Assembly: GCA_030649135.1 (NCBI GenBank)
Contig: JAUSGI010000008.1
Span: 81,935-145,934, forward strand
Length of the DNA: 64,000 bases
Origin: a bacterium
Lineage (GTDB): Bacteria > Patescibacteriota > Minisyncoccia > Phycocordibacterales > Zambryskibacteraceae
Reading direction: 5' to 3'
Position numbers and translations under genes: made by a program. How positions within the stretch are numbered: the first letter of the stretch is position 1; each line of letters opens with the position of its first letter. Positions 19,428 through 28,426 of the stretch are shown in pieces. The notes beneath the pieces are model-generated. The model made no database searches. It had not been told where the DNA came from and worked only from the letters and a program-made list of their open reading frames with translations.

Positions 19428-21185
19428 ATGAATTATAAAGAATTGCAAGTGCTTCTCTTGAAGCGCTTCAGTATGCCCAAGGAACGTTTAGTACGCGGAA
19501 TTCTGCGTTCTTTCTCCATAGCGGAAAAGGCGGTGTTCTTTTTCTTAGTCTCGGTCTTTGTATTTTCCGGCACCACTCTCCTATGGAAAGTGAGCAGTAC
19601 CTATCTCGTCGAAGTACCTACCGAAGGCGGCACCCTGACGGAAGGCGTAGTCGGTAATCCGCGCTTTATTAACCCGGTGCTGGCTATATCGGAAGCTGAC
19701 AAGAATTTGGTAGCTCTGCTTTACTCCGGCTTGGTACGCGTCACCCCGGAAGGCCAGACGGAAAATGATTTGGCGGAAAAAGTGGAAATTTCAAATAATC
19801 GCCTAGTTTATACGGTTCAAATTCACCAAGATGCCCATTTCCATGACGGTACGCCAGTGACGGCTGACGATGTAATTTTTACTATCCAGAAAATTATTGA
19901 CCCGAGTATTAAAAGTCCCAGAAGGGGCAATTGGGATGGGGTTGAGGTCGAGAAAATCGACGACAGAACCGTCTCGTTTACTCTAAGACAGGCATACACT
20001 CCCTTCATCTACAACTTGGCGGTAGGCATCTTGCCCAAACATATTTGGAAAAATGTTTCCCCCGACGAGTTTTCCTTTAGTCAGTTTAATACTCTTCCCG
20101 TCGGTTCCGGACCGTATCAGGTTGAAAGTGTCGAGAGAAATTCCGGTGGCATACCCAATTTATACAAATTAATCCCCTTTGAGAACACGCCCGGTAAAAC
20201 ACCCTTTATCAAAAATCTAGTGTTCAGATTTTATCCTAGCGAAGCCGAATTGATTATGGCCCATAACACAAATGCGGTAGAAAGCCTTAGCGGTATCTCG
20301 CCAGAGAGAGTACAGGAGCTCGAAATAAACGATTCCCGCATTGTTTCCTCCGCTCTACCTCGCGTTTTTGCCGTCTTTTTCAACCAAAGTAAATCCAAGG
20401 CGCTTTTAAATAGAGAGGTGCGCCAAGCGCTTGACCTTGCCAGTCCCAAGGAAGAAATAGTCGAAAAAATTTTCGACGGCTACGCTACCGTTATCGACGG
20501 CCCAATGCCCGCCGGCATATACTCTTGGACCAATACCGACAAGAACAGACCTCCACTTGACCAGAGATTAGAGACAGCGCAAGCATTACTTGCCAAAGCA
20601 GGTTGGAAAATGAACACGGAGACGGAAGTGCTTGAAAAGAAATCCGCTTCTGGTACAATGACCTTGTCGTTTGCAATCTCTACCGGTGATGCCCCCGAAC
20701 TTCAACAGGTAGCGAATGAGCTCGTTGCTCAATGGGGAAAACTCGGCGCCAAGGTCAATGTTCTCGTCTTCGAGACTGGTGACCTTAACCAAAACGTCAT
20801 ACGCCCGAGAAACTTCGACGCCCTTCTCTTCGGTGAGGTAGTAAGCAGAGATGCCGACCTGTATCCATTCTGGCATTCTTCTCAGAGAGCCGACCCCGGG
20901 CTCAATATCGCTCTCTATGCCAATAGTCGGGCCGACAAGGAACTCGACAATGCCCGAAGTGCAAGTAACCCGCAAGCGGCGGAAGAAAGTTACAAGGCCT
21001 TCACGAAAGAGTTGGAGGCCGATATGCCGGCAGTCTTCCTCTATACGCCAAGTTTCCTTTATGTCGTACCGGAAAAAATAGCGGCCTTGAGTCTAAACTC
21101 TCTGACGGTTGCTCAAGATAGATTCCTGGGTATTAGAGAATGGTATATCGAAACAGATAAAGTTTGGAAAATATTCGTTAACTAA
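19428..21185 (+). CDS. ABC transporter substrate-binding protein, family 5 (peptide/nickel, OppA/DppA-like), membrane-anchored
   Basis: 585 aa with an N-terminal TM anchor and SBP_bac_5-like architecture. Confidence 0.65.
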   Translation: MNYKELQVLLLKRFSMPKERLVRGILRSFSIAEKAVFFFLVSVFVFSGTTLLWKVSSTYLVEVPTEGGTLTEGVVGNPRFINPVLAISEADKNLVALLYSGLVRVTPEGQTENDLAEKVEISNNRLVYTVQIHQDAHFHDGTPVTADDVIFTIQKIIDPSIKSPRRGNWDGVEVEKIDDRTVSFTLRQAYTPFIYNLAVGILPKHIWKNVSPDEFSFSQFNTLPVGSGPYQVESVERNSGGIPNLYKLIPFENTPGKTPFIKNLVFRFYPSEAELIMAHNTNAVESLSGISPERVQELEINDSRIVSSALPRVFAVFFNQSKSKALLNREVRQALDLASPKEEIVEKIFDGYATVIDGPMPAGIYSWTNTDKNRPPLDQRLETAQALLAKAGWKMNTETEVLEKKSASGTMTLSFAISTGDAPELQQVANELVAQWGKLGAKVNVLVFETGDLNQNVIRPRNFDALLFGEVVSRDADLYPFWHSSQRADPGLNIALYANSRADKELDNARSASNPQAAEESYKAFTKELEADMPAVFLYTPSFLYVVPEKIAALSLNSLTVAQDRFLGIREWYIETDKVWKIFVN

Positions 21186-21198
21186 AATTTAAGGAAAC

Positions 21199-22971
21199 AT
21201 GCTTAATACATTTACGAGTGGTCTGCGCCACAAAAATATTCATAGGAGATCTAACGCACCCATGGTGGCGAAAAAGCCTCATGACATCATTCCGACATTG
21301 GGAGAGAGCATTAGAATCATCCCGCTCGGCGGGGTGGAAGAAATCGGCAGAAACATGACCGTCATAGAATACGGCGAAGATATCATAGTCATTGATGCTG
21401 GCATTAAGTTTACCGACTATGAGACGCCAGGGGTCGACTATATCCTGCCTAATATTAAATATCTCGAGGAACGCAAGGACCACATCCGCGCCTTGGTGAT
21501 TACTCACGGGCACCTCGACCACATCGGCTCCATCCCCTACGTCATTGACCGCCTTGGTAATCCGCCAATCTATACCCGTGAGTTTGGGGCCCTATTGATT
21601 CAGAAGAGGCAGGTGGAATTTCCCCACCTGGCGCCGCTTGATATCAGGATTGTCGAAGCCAACGACACTTCCATCCCGTTAACCGCCAATCTCAAGGTGC
21701 GCTTTTTCGGTGTTACCCACTCTATTCCGGATTCCACCGGTGTCATCATCGAGACCCCTTACGGCGACATCGTCAATACCGGAGACGTGCGTATAGAGAA
21801 CGAAAATGGCGTACCGGACCAGAGGGAAATAGAGCATTACAAAATGTTCAAGGACCGCAATATTCTGCTCTTTTGTATGGACTCGACAAACATCGAACAA
21901 CCGGGCTTCTCGCTATCGGAAACTTTTATTTTGAAAAACATAGACGGGATTGTGGCCGCCGCGCCCGGCCGGATTATCTTAGCCACCTTTGCTACCCAAG
22001 TGGAGAGGGTGATTGAGTTTATCAAGATGGCCCAGCACTATTCGAGAAAAGTGATTATTGAAGGCCGCAGTATGAAAACAAATGTCGAGATTATCAAACA
22101 TCTTAATCTCGTCGAAACCAGCCATATCATTCCGATTGAAGATACTACGAAGTATCCTCCCAACAAGATTATGATTATCACCACCGGCGCCCAAGGCGAA
22201 GAATTCTCCGCTCTGATGCGCATGTCCAACAAGACCCACAAATTTGTCCGTCTGGAACGTTCCGACACCATTGTGCTCTCTTCTTCCGCTATTCCCGGTA
22301 ATGAACGCGCTATTTCCAAGCTGAAAGATAATCTCTATCGTCATGATTCAAAAATTATCACTTATCTTGATTCGGACGTGCACACCTCGGGCCACGGTAG
22401 GCGCGGTGAATTGGAGTGGTTACACAAGCAAATGCCGTACAAATATTTTATGCCGGTGCATGGCAACCACTACAGACTAAAGATGCACGCCGAACTAGCC
22501 GCGAGACTCGGCTGTCCGCGCGAAAACATTATCGTGCCGGACAACGGCAGTATTCTCGAAATTCAAGACAAAGGCGCTAAGTTTGTTAAATTACGGGAGA
22601 AAGCGCCCTCGGAAGATATGGTGGTTGAGGGTCTTTCTATCGGAGATATTTCTGACGTAGTAATCCGAGACAGAAAAATGTTGGCGGAAGACGGTATTTT
22701 CGTAGTTATAGCCCTGGTGAACACGCGCACGGGCTATCTCAAAAAATCACCGGACATTATCGCCAGAGGTTTCGTCTACCTGCGGGAATCGCAGGAATTG
22801 CTTTCCGAAGCGCGGGGCATCATTAAGCGCTCCATCGAAGGCACCACCGTGGGTATGAATCCGATTAATTTTGATTACGCCAAGAACGCAGTCACCGAGG
22901 ATGTCTCCCGGTTTCTCTTCCAACGCACAGCCAAAAAACCGATAGTTATTCCGGTCATCTTAGGAGTATGA
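21199..22971 (+). CDS. rnj: Ribonuclease J
   Basis: Metallo-beta-lactamase 'HGHLDHIG' plus beta-CASP and RNase J C-terminal domains. The start could be the second ATG ('MVAKKPHD'). Confidence 0.85.
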   Translation: MLNTFTSGLRHKNIHRRSNAPMVAKKPHDIIPTLGESIRIIPLGGVEEIGRNMTVIEYGEDIIVIDAGIKFTDYETPGVDYILPNIKYLEERKDHIRALVITHGHLDHIGSIPYVIDRLGNPPIYTREFGALLIQKRQVEFPHLAPLDIRIVEANDTSIPLTANLKVRFFGVTHSIPDSTGVIIETPYGDIVNTGDVRIENENGVPDQREIEHYKMFKDRNILLFCMDSTNIEQPGFSLSETFILKNIDGIVAAAPGRIILATFATQVERVIEFIKMAQHYSRKVIIEGRSMKTNVEIIKHLNLVETSHIIPIEDTTKYPPNKIMIITTGAQGEEFSALMRMSNKTHKFVRLERSDTIVLSSSAIPGNERAISKLKDNLYRHDSKIITYLDSDVHTSGHGRRGELEWLHKQMPYKYFMPVHGNHYRLKMHAELAARLGCPRENIIVPDNGSILEIQDKGAKFVKLREKAPSEDMVVEGLSIGDISDVVIRDRKMLAEDGIFVVIALVNTRTGYLKKSPDIIARGFVYLRESQELLSEARGIIKRSIEGTTVGMNPINFDYAKNAVTEDVSRFLFQRTAKKPIVIPVILGV

Positions 22972-24119
22972 TGCGATTCATACCGGTTTTCGCGGCCAGC
23001 CTCTTTCTCTCCGTACACTTTGGCAGTACCCTTTACTTCCATTCTTCTTTCTTAAACGATTACTTCAAACCTAATGTCGTCAGTTTTCTCTTTCTCCTTG
23101 GAGCCCTCGGTAATATTTTTCTTTTTTTATTTGCTCCTAAGTTGATTCAACGATTCGGCAAGCGTCCTCTGCTCTTTTTTTCCCTCGTCCTAACCGCCGC
23201 CAGTACGTTTATTTTCGCTTTAACTATCACCCGACCAGTGATTATTTTTGCTTTTATCGTCTACAGTAGTTTCCTGCCCATGGTTTATTACTGCCTTGAT
23301 GTTTTCCTGGAAGAACTATCGACAAATGCCAAGACGGGGGAAATCCGGGGTATTTATCTTACTGTATTTAATGCCGGCATAGTCGTGGGACCGCTTATTC
23401 TGGCGATCTTGGCGCAAGAGGGCCCGCCTACTAAATTTCTGTATTTAGTGGCGGGTCTGTTGTTAATACCGCCGGCGATACTAGCGCTTTTTTCTTTCAA
23501 ATCTCAACAGCCTAAAGCGCACAGCCCCTACCACCATTCCCTGCGATTGCCATTCGGCGATTGGTGGCATTCCAAAAACATTCAACGCGTTACTTTAGCC
23601 AGACTAACACTCGAATTGTTCTTCGCCTTTATGGTTATCTATGTTCCAATTTATCTCCATACTGGGCTTGGTTTCGCGTGGTCAGAACTTGGTATTATTT
23701 TCACCGTTATGCTTCTGCCTTTTGTGCTGTTCGAGTGGCCAGCAGGCGAACTTGCCGACCGTCTCCTGGGGGAAAAAGAGATTATGAGTGCCGGTTTTTT
23801 CATTACTGGCATATCTCTGCTCATCATGCCTTTTATAGGGAAAGTATTTTGGGCATGGATGGCTATCCTTTTTATCTCAAGAGTTGGAGCGAGTCTAATC
23901 GAGGCGATGACCGAAAGTTATTTCTTTAAACATATCAACGCGCGTGATACCGGTCTGATAAGCATTTTTCGCTTAACCCGTGCGTCCGGTTTCGTTTTGG
24001 GCGCCATAGTCGCCACTCTGACTTTAAATTTTTTCTCGTTCGATAAAATTTTTTTTGCTCTGGCGGTGATAGTCTTCTTCGGTCTCAAACAAAGTTTGTC
24101 TCTCAGAGATACGCGGTAG
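22968..24119 (+). CDS. MFS transporter
   Basis: 383 aa with about 11-12 predicted TM helices, typical of the MFS fold. Confidence 0.65.
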   Translation: MMRFIPVFAASLFLSVHFGSTLYFHSSFLNDYFKPNVVSFLFLLGALGNIFLFLFAPKLIQRFGKRPLLFFSLVLTAASTFIFALTITRPVIIFAFIVYSSFLPMVYYCLDVFLEELSTNAKTGEIRGIYLTVFNAGIVVGPLILAILAQEGPPTKFLYLVAGLLLIPPAILALFSFKSQQPKAHSPYHHSLRLPFGDWWHSKNIQRVTLARLTLELFFAFMVIYVPIYLHTGLGFAWSELGIIFTVMLLPFVLFEWPAGELADRLLGEKEIMSAGFFITGISLLIMPFIGKVFWAWMAILFISRVGASLIEAMTESYFFKHINARDTGLISIFRLTRASGFVLGAIVATLTLNFFSFDKIFFALAVIVFFGLKQSLSLRDTR

Positions 24120-24130
24120 AAAAATTTATA

Positions 24131-24162
24131 AAAAAATAGGACCCGCCAAGTAGGCCGGGTCC
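24131..24162 (-). terminator. Hairpin terminator for island gene a (GGACCCGCC...GGCCGGGTCC followed by a T-run on the minus strand)
   Basis: An A-run at 24131-24137 on the plus strand precedes a GC hairpin at 24139-24162. Confidence 0.5.
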
Positions 24163-24199
24163 TGTGGCAGTTTGGGGAGGTCTGCCAACCTTTACTTCT

Positions 24200-24388
24200 C
24201 TACTCGGCGGGTCGGAACTTACGACGAGGCCGACTTTGTTTCAGGTCTTCGTCACACCCTACCATCTCCCTTTCTATCACATCCTGGTCAGAGAGGTCTT
24301 CATCCTCCGACCCATGCATCAGTCCAAAACCCTTAAGGAGTCGAATTTCCTTACTCGAAGGATCTACGCCTGTCTTTCTCTTTTTCAT
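24200..24388 (-). CDS. Island gene a: small acidic hypothetical protein
   Basis: 62 aa. SD 'AAGGAG' lies 6 nt upstream of the ATG. The gene sits in the ~60% GC segment and is followed by a hairpin terminator. Confidence 0.5.
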   Translation of the reverse strand: MKKRKTGVDPSSKEIRLLKGFGLMHGSEDEDLSDQDVIEREMVGCDEDLKQSRPRRKFRPAE

Positions 24389-24514
24389 CTGGGCTCCTTA
24401 TGTCCTGCTTCCCTTTCGATTATGTTCAGGGTGAAGGCTTACAGACACTAACGCTCTGTCCTTTAGAGTGGCATGAACAAGCTAGTTTGTCAATTAGTTG
24501 TAATCGTTGTATAG

Positions 24515-24544
24515 AAAAAGGACCCTCCATGCTGGCAGGGTCCC
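24515..24544 (-). terminator. Hairpin terminator for island gene b (AAAAA-GGACCCTCC-N-AGGGTCC)
   Basis: 'aaaaaggaccctccatgctggcagggtccc'. It is near-identical in design to the hairpin at 25517-25545. Confidence 0.5.
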
Positions 24545-24621
24545 GTTGTGAGTTGAGGCCGTGTCCTCAACTCGTTTGTACTTAGGCGTGACATCGGCAC
24601 GCATTGGGATCTGAAACTCTG

Positions 24622-24852
24622 CTAGTCCCCGATCGCCCCACTTCGTGAGAACGGGCGAGAGACGCCCGGTAACACCCGGGACGGATCCATCCCGAGGCGC
24701 TGCCTCAGCCACGCGACCCACTCCGGATAGCTCGGAGTGAGAAGCACGACGACCTCGTCGTAGGTCGGCGTGTCCCCAAGCACGTCGCACACGGCTGGCA
24801 AAAGAAGCCGGCGTGTTTCCTTGTCGAGTCTCCGACCCGATGCGTCATTCAT
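24622..24852 (-). CDS. Island gene b: hypothetical protein
   Basis: 76 aa with a strong SD 'GAGGAGAAGG' upstream of the ATG. The gene is GC-rich. Confidence 0.5.
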   Translation of the reverse strand: MNDASGRRLDKETRRLLLPAVCDVLGDTPTYDEVVVLLTPSYPEWVAWLRQRLGMDPSRVLPGVSRPFSRSGAIGD

Positions 24853-25085
24853 TGCCTTCTCCTCATCGCGCTTTGCGCGACTTTAAACATTTAGCAGTGC
24901 GTCCTCTTGCGAGGCCTATACGCACTGCGGTTCAGCCCCCTCTGTGCGGGGAATCGATACTTGATTATATTTTCTTTCTCAAAGAACTAACTGTTTCGCC
25001 CTTTCGGACTCATCAGCGCAGATACACATCTGCGAACAGCGGGAAGTTTTGCTGAGATACTTCCCGAAACTCTGGGTTTGCACGG

Positions 25086-25406
25086 TTACCCCTTCTTCTT
25101 CTTGCTACCGGCACCCATGCCAGCGGCCATCCGGCGCTGCTCCTCCGCGCGCTCGCTCCGGTGGGCGAGGTAGCGCTTGTGCGCCGCCTCACGGATGGAG
25201 GCCGAGAACTCGGTCTCCTTCCGACGCCGCTCGGACAGCATGCGCCTGGCGCACGCCAGGCGTGGCCGCCAGAAATCGGAGGTCGCGAGTTGCTTGTCGA
25301 GCTCGACCGCGGCGATATCCGCCGCAACGGTCGAAGTGGCGACCTGCACCGGCAGGGTGCAGGCCAGAAACTCTATCACTCGGCCAATGGAGCGTGTCGC
25401 ATTCAT
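25086..25406 (-). CDS. Island gene c: hypothetical Ala/Arg-rich protein with a KKKKG tail
   Basis: 106 aa with SD 'AAGGAGAA'. Upstream on the minus strand lies TTGACAA-N17-TATCAT. Two hairpins follow downstream. Confidence 0.5.
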   Translation of the reverse strand: MNATRSIGRVIEFLACTLPVQVATSTVAADIAAVELDKQLATSDFWRPRLACARRMLSERRRKETEFSASIREAAHKRYLAHRSERAEEQRRMAAGMGAGSKKKKG

Positions 25407-25516
25407 GGCGTTCTCCTTATCGTGCCTCCCCTTCGTCTATACTTAGGGTGAGGACTTTCTAGCTACAATGATAGCATAATACAACTTATTTGTCAATGGC
25501 TTTAAATAGTTAAAAG

Positions 25517-25545
25517 TAAAAGGGCCCTCCGTGTAGGCAGGGCCC
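25517..25545 (-). terminator. Hairpin terminator for island gene d (AAAA-GGGCCCTCC-N-AGGGCCC)
   Basis: 'aaaagggccctccgtgtaggcagggccc'. Confidence 0.5.
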
Positions 25546-25564
25546 AGTCGAAACGCCACCTAGT

Positions 25565-25960
25565 CTAGTAACTGGTGGGGAAAGCAGATGTCAGCGCCTC
25601 CCCCTGGTCGCTTGCCGGGTTGGGGTTGAACCAAACCCGAGAGATGGACCCATGGCCGATGTGATACACGCCGGCCAGAGTACATGAGCCATCCCGCTGT
25701 GCGGGGTGATGTACGAACACCCCGAAACGCAGACGGGCCAGCGCGGCCGCGATGCAGAACGGCACATCCGCGACGGCATAGACGAAGCCATCGCCATGCT
25801 CGCGGACGTAGTCCGCGAGCCCATCCGTGGTGACGAACACCGTGGGGTCCTTCACGATCTCCACGTAAACACCGTGGAGAGTTCGCATCGCCCGCCGCTG
25901 TGTGGGCGACATGTCGTAACGCGATAACCAATAAATCCTCCCGATGTAAATTCTGTTCAT
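25565..25960 (-). CDS. Island gene d: hypothetical protein
   Basis: 131 aa starting at the ATG at 25960 ('MNRIYIGRIYW...'), with SD 'GGGGGAA'. Upstream on the minus strand lies TTGACAA-N17-TATTAG. No family recognised. Confidence 0.5.
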   Translation of the reverse strand: MNRIYIGRIYWLSRYDMSPTQRRAMRTLHGVYVEIVKDPTVFVTTDGLADYVREHGDGFVYAVADVPFCIAAALARLRFGVFVHHPAQRDGSCTLAGVYHIGHGSISRVWFNPNPASDQGEALTSAFPTSY

Positions 25961-26068
25961 GGTTCCCCCACTCTGCCTCCCATTTCTCGGAGGGCTATAG
26001 GTAATACAACCTTGGTCTGCTCTCACTAATAGCACAGCACAATTCTCTTGTCAACAGCGTCCATAAAT

Positions 26069-26503
26069 CTAATACACATTTAGGAGTTTGAAAATTGGAG
26101 CAAGGAACGGGTCGAAATGAGTACCGTAGACGGTGGCGCCGAAGAGTCCGCCGGCAACCACAATAAAAAATAGTCCGATAATAGCCAAGGGAATTATGAT
26201 GACTGGCAAGAGCATTTTAGACCATCTAACGTAAGCCAGAGAAATAATGCCGAAGATAGTGGCAGTGATAAGAATAAAAATTTTATACATGGTTACCAGA
26301 GGACTATCCCCCGCCAAATTAGCGCTCATGTAAGCGGTGACAACCGTAGCAATAGCGCCCAGCTCACCGACTACGAGCAAAGTTCCTTTGATAGGGAGCC
26401 AGTGCGGAGAGTCCAATAATTTTTTGAAACGCATTAGTTCAAAAACAGTATAAGTTGTCAAAAATGCTATGGGGTAGTGTATCACCAGTGGATGAATGTC
26501 CAT
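26069..26503 (-). CDS. DUF2231-like membrane protein
   Basis: 'MDIHPLVIHYPIAFL' matches the DUF2231 N-terminal signature and is followed by 4 TM helices. Confidence 0.55.
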   Translation of the reverse strand: MDIHPLVIHYPIAFLTTYTVFELMRFKKLLDSPHWLPIKGTLLVVGELGAIATVVTAYMSANLAGDSPLVTMYKIFILITATIFGIISLAYVRWSKMLLPVIIIPLAIIGLFFIVVAGGLFGATVYGTHFDPFLAPIFKLLNVY

Positions 26504-26504
26504 T

Positions 26505-28154
26505 TTATTTCTTATTTTTTATTATAGCTTTTATAAAAGCCGTGAAAAGAGGGTGGGGGGAAAGAGGTCGCGCTTTGAACTCCGGATGAAATTGCGTTGA
26601 GAGATAAAATGGGTGAGCATTTTTAGACAATTCAGCTATTTCGCAAAGTCTCCCGTCTGGAGACATGCCGGAGAAAATCATGCCTGCCTTATTAAGTCTT
26701 TCAATATAAGCAGGATTAACTTCAAAACGATGCCTGTGTCTCTCGGAAATTTTATTTGTCGCGTAGGCCTTGTGGGCAAGAGTCTTTGGTTTAAGAACCG
26801 CCGGCCAAGCACCCAGGCGCATGGTGCCGCCAAGTTTACCGTCTTTAATTTTATCTTTCTGCTCTTCCATGACATCTATCACCGGGTATTTGGTTTCTTT
26901 ATCTACTTCCGTAGTGTGTGCACCCTTGAGACCGGCCACATGCCGTGCGTACTCCACTACCGCCAGTTGCATACCGTAACAAAGCCCGAGATACGGAATC
27001 TTCTTTTCCCTCACAAACTTAATTGCGCTGATAATGCCCTCCACGCCGTTGGAACCAAAACCACCCGGCACTATCACTCCATCGTAATTTTTAAGTTCAC
27101 TTACTTTGCGTTTACCCGTCTCGTATTCTTTGGCATTTATCCAGACTAGTTTAGGCTTCACGCTTTGCCAATAGGCAGAGAATTTGACAGCTTCTATAAC
27201 CGACACGTAGGCATCGGAGAGCACAAAGTCTCCGGTGTCGAAATATTTACCTACTACCGCAACCCTCACTTCCCTCTTGGCGGACTTGGTTTTAGAAACA
27301 AATTTTTTCCAGGCGACTAAATCCTTTTTGCGTGGTTTGAGACCGAAGTGGCCGAGAATCCTTTGACTTAACCCGTCCCGTTCAAAATTTATCGGCACAT
27401 CATAAATACTTTCGATATCCGGCGCTGCAATGATATCCTCACTCGACACGCCCGTGGCCAGAGCGATTTTCTCCTTCCGCTTCTGGTCAATCGACACCTC
27501 GCTTCTTGCGATAATCATGTCCGGTTGGATACCGTAGGAATTGAGTTGGCGGATAGCATTTTGGGTAAGTTTGGTTTTCATCTCGCCGAGCTTGCCCGGC
27601 ACAGGAAGATAAGAGACCATCACGAACATAACGTTTCTTGGTTCTCGAATTTTCATTAGGCGGGCTGCTTCGAGAAAAATGGCATTCTGATATTCGCCGA
27701 CCGTACCGCCGATTTCGAGTACGGTAATATCCGCATTAGTTTTAGAAACTGAATGATGAATACGATTGAATATCTCTTCCGTTACGTGATAGACCGGTTC
27801 CACACACTTGCCGTTGTATCCAAGAGCGCGCTCTTTATCTATAACATGTTTAAGAATCATGCCATTGGTCAGATAATTTTCCGAAGGCATATCGGCATTG
27901 AGGAAACGTTCGTAATTGCCCATATCCTGGTCAGTCTCAAGACCGGAATCCAGCACAAAGACTTCTCCATGTTCGACCGGATTCATGGTGCCGGCATCGA
28001 CATTTAAATAAGGGTCAGCCTTGATCAGACTGACCGAGAAACCTTTTGACTGGAGAATGGCGCCAATAGAGGAGGTGGCGATACCTTTGCCGACTCCCGA
28101 CATTACTCCGCCCACGACAAAGATATATTTATACCGACCTTCCTTTTTTCTCAT
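26505..28154 (-). CDS. pyrG: CTP synthase
   Basis: A synthetase domain ('GGVMSGVGKGI') is followed by a GATase domain ('GLCYGMQ'). Confidence 0.95.
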   Translation of the reverse strand: MRKKEGRYKYIFVVGGVMSGVGKGIATSSIGAILQSKGFSVSLIKADPYLNVDAGTMNPVEHGEVFVLDSGLETDQDMGNYERFLNADMPSENYLTNGMILKHVIDKERALGYNGKCVEPVYHVTEEIFNRIHHSVSKTNADITVLEIGGTVGEYQNAIFLEAARLMKIREPRNVMFVMVSYLPVPGKLGEMKTKLTQNAIRQLNSYGIQPDMIIARSEVSIDQKRKEKIALATGVSSEDIIAAPDIESIYDVPINFERDGLSQRILGHFGLKPRKKDLVAWKKFVSKTKSAKREVRVAVVGKYFDTGDFVLSDAYVSVIEAVKFSAYWQSVKPKLVWINAKEYETGKRKVSELKNYDGVIVPGGFGSNGVEGIISAIKFVREKKIPYLGLCYGMQLAVVEYARHVAGLKGAHTTEVDKETKYPVIDVMEEQKDKIKDGKLGGTMRLGAWPAVLKPKTLAHKAYATNKISERHRHRFEVNPAYIERLNKAGMIFSGMSPDGRLCEIAELSKNAHPFYLSTQFHPEFKARPLSPHPLFTAFIKAIIKNKK

Positions 28155-28180
28155 TCAGATGATTCTATCACACTCAATAT

Positions 28181-28387
28181 CTAAGACATTTTGGGGATAA
28201 TAAAGATGGCCAAAATGTATGCGACAAGTCCCGGTACCACCCCGCTGAATATAACTACGAGGAGCCAAACTAGGCGTAATGGCACTGGGTCAATGCCGAA
28301 GTACTCCCCCAGTCCTCCACAGATACCGGCAAAAACCTTGTTGGTATTACTGCGATATAATTTCTTGGTTTCCATATTGGTTTCCAT
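28181..28387 (-). CDS. PspC-domain membrane protein
   Basis: 'KKLYRSNTNKVFAGICGGLGEYFGIDPVPLRL' matches the PspC domain. The start lies in a tandem 12-nt duplication (METN-METK), and the ORF is open back to 28459. Confidence 0.65.
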   Translation of the reverse strand: METNMETKKLYRSNTNKVFAGICGGLGEYFGIDPVPLRLVWLLVVIFSGVVPGLVAYILAIFIIPKMS

Positions 28388-28426
28388 ATTGGAATTATAA
28401 CAGATTTCAGGTATCGTATGAACTAT

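Noticed and set aside
19116-19448. 110-aa minus-strand ORF overlapping secG
   Set aside because: It is the antisense shadow of the well-supported secG gene. It has no SD and a low-complexity composition.
21319-21338. 'cccgctcggcgggg' inside rnj resembling the REP family
   Set aside because: It encodes the universally conserved RNase J 'IPLGG' N-terminus. It is only a 5-bp partial palindrome produced by native coding sequence, not an insertion.
24164-25462. Several plus-strand ORFs (24164-24451, 25049-25462, 25161-25451, 25177-25446) inside the GC-rich islet
   Set aside because: High GC suppresses stop codons and yields shadow ORFs. The minus-strand genes have strong SDs, promoters and terminators, and the plus-strand ORFs have none.
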